DNA of 36,538 nt from Octopus bimaculoides. Lineage: Eukaryota. Made by a program: the position numbers and the translations under genes. The notes beneath the pieces were generated by a model. It was not told where the DNA came from, did no database searches, and saw only the letters and a list, made by a program, of their open reading frames with translations. Of the stretch, positions 34,729 to 36,538 are shown in pieces (the stretch's first letter is position 1; each line of letters starts with the position of its first letter). The stretch covers positions 2,158,729-2,195,266 of the forward strand of contig NC_068985.1 of the NCBI RefSeq assembly GCF_001194135.2, written 5' to 3'.

Positions 34729-34942
34729 TGTGTGTGAGTGTGTGTGTGTGTGTGTGCGTGTGTGTGTGTGTTTGTGTGTGTGTGTATGACAGTCTTCTGT
34801 TTCCATCTACCAATTCCACTCACAATGCTTTCAGCAGACCAAAGCTATAATGAAAGACATTTATCCAAGGTGCCACACAGTGGGACTGAACCCAGAACCA
34901 TGTGGTTGGGAAGCAAGCTTCTTACCACACAGCCACACCCGC
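34685..34942 (-). mobile_element. tRNA-headed SINE (family of 6331-6508) plus (CA)n
   Basis: The minus strand reads ggctgtgtggtaagaagcttgcttcccaaccacatggttctgggttcagtcccact. Confidence 0.88.
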
Positions 34943-35519
34943 AGTTATGTACATTTTTTCATAGCCTTATGAACAGATGATAGATACACACAACATTTTG
35001 ATTTCCATTCTCTGTCTACCTAAATTATATATCTTTTTTAAATACATATCTCCCCTGGAATAAAAGACAAAAATTGTACAATGAAATATAAAAAACACTG
35101 AGTGCGTCTTGGAGGTCAATGTGAATGGGGAAAATTTTAAATGGTTATTATCATAAAGAATGATAAGACAGGTTAATAGCCTGACAAGAATTTTTTTTAA
35201 ATTCCTAAATATAATAGATAAAATATAATGAATAAAAGAAGAAGGGTATGGAGGAAAGAAGGCAAGGAACGTTTTGGAGAAAGAAGAATTAACTGCCTAT
35301 CAAACAATTAATGAATTCCATACACAATGATGGAGCTTTTAAAGACTTTCTGTTAGTCAATGGAATGGAAAAACGGTAATTTTGGGAATCTGTTTGTCTT
35401 CCAGCCCATAGAACATTTCTTCACTTGCCTTCCTTGCGGTTGTCTTTTTCTTTCTCTTCTTAGTCTCTTCAGAGTTGGAAGATACGAACGAAAGAGTGAA
35501 CGAGAAGCAAGAAGTCAAA

Positions 35520-36400
35520 AGAAGAAAACAGAGAGGGGGAGAGAGGGGGGAGGCAGAGAGAGAGAGAGGCAGAGAGAGAGAGAGAGGCAGAGAGAGAGAT
35601 AGAGAGGGGCAGAGAGAGAGAGAGAGAGGCAGAGAGAGAGGGAGAGAAGGAGAAAGAGAGAGAGGCAGAGACAGAGAGAGAGAGAGGCAGAGAGAGAGAG
35701 AGGCAGAGAGNNNNNNNNNNNNNNNNNNNNNNNNNNNNNNNNNNNNNNNNNNNNNNNNNNNNNNNNNNNNNNNNNNNNNNNNNNNNNNNNNNNNNNNNNN
35801 NNNNNNNNNNNNNNNNNNNNNNNNNNNNNNNNNNNNNNNNNNNNNNNNNNNNNNNNNNNNNNNNNNNNNNNNNNNNNNNNNNNNNNNNNNNNNNNNNNNN
35901 NNNNNNNNNNNNNNNNNNNNNNNNNNNNNNNNNNNNNNNNNNNNNNNNNNNNNNNNNNNNNNNNNNNNNNNNNNNNNNNAGAGAGACAGAGAGAGAGAGA
36001 GGCAGAGAGAGAGAGAGGCAGAGAGAGAGAGAGGCAGAGAGGCAGAGAGAGAGAGAGAGGGAGAAAGAGAGAGAGACACAGAGAGAGAGAGAAAGAGGCA
36101 GAGAGAGAGAGAGAGGCAGAGAGAGAGAGCAAAAGACAATGAGAGAGTAAGAGGAGAAAGTAAGAGAAAAAGGAAGACAGAGAGAGAGAGGTATTCAGAC
36201 AGACAGACGGAAAGAGAAAAAAGTAAGAAAAAAACAGGAGAGAGAAAGACAGAAAGTGAAACAAAATGAAAGAGAAAAAAGTGACAGAAAGGCTGGGAGA
36301 GAGCGAGAGAGGGAGGAAGAGAGAGAGGGAGGGATGAAGAGAGAGAGAGGGAGAGAGCGAGAGAGAGAGAGATGGAGGGATGAAGAGAGAGAGAGAGATT
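35520..36400. repeat. (GA)n/(GAGAGAGGCA)n purine tract with gap 35711-35979
   Basis: Read directly from the sequence. Confidence 0.95.
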
Positions 36401-36418
36401 TGTAATTTTTTTTATAAG

Positions 36419-36482
36419 CAGTTTTGTAAATAAATCTATTGTGGCAACGAATGATGAGTTTCTCCTCTACAAACTCCAGCAA
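36419..36482 (+). CDS. Candidate 64-nt (or 61-nt) internal exon (SFVNKSIVATNDEFLLYKLQQ)
   Basis: T-tract with TAAG/CAG tandem acceptor, CAA|GTATGG donor, and a single open frame in an island of complex sequence between microsatellites. Confidence 0.35.
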
Positions 36483-36538
36483 GTATGGCTGTGCCACTAC
36501 CACCATCGCTGCCACTTCCACCACCACCACCACCACCA

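Overview
Repeat-saturated, AT-rich animal genomic DNA with five N gaps. The SINE, LINE and microsatellite repertoire looks like Octopus or another cephalopod (recognised from memory, not database-checked). No complete gene is visible and almost all ORF-track entries are microsatellite translations. Supported content: (1) an open L1/Tx1-type ORF2 fragment at the left edge that the ORF track missed; (2) remnants of DD41D and DD34D Tc1/mariner transposons, a hAT C-terminus, RTE LINEs, an R4/Dong LINE 3' end, CR1/Jockey-like LINEs and a Penelope-like fragment; (3) many copies of about four SINE-like families; (4) a few weak candidate exons suggesting the window may be intronic. The most interesting signal is three sequence-unrelated foldback (inverted-repeat) structures at 411-808, 7530-7676 and 33494-33715. 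Each carries a minimal type-I hammerhead-ribozyme motif, intact or degenerate, with the short helix III known from Penelope-like elements. A fourth hammerhead-like core lies downstream of a tRNA-headed SINE (34555-34604). This suggests several families of non-autonomous, ribozyme-bearing, Penelope-dependent retroelements; that link is inference and is untested.
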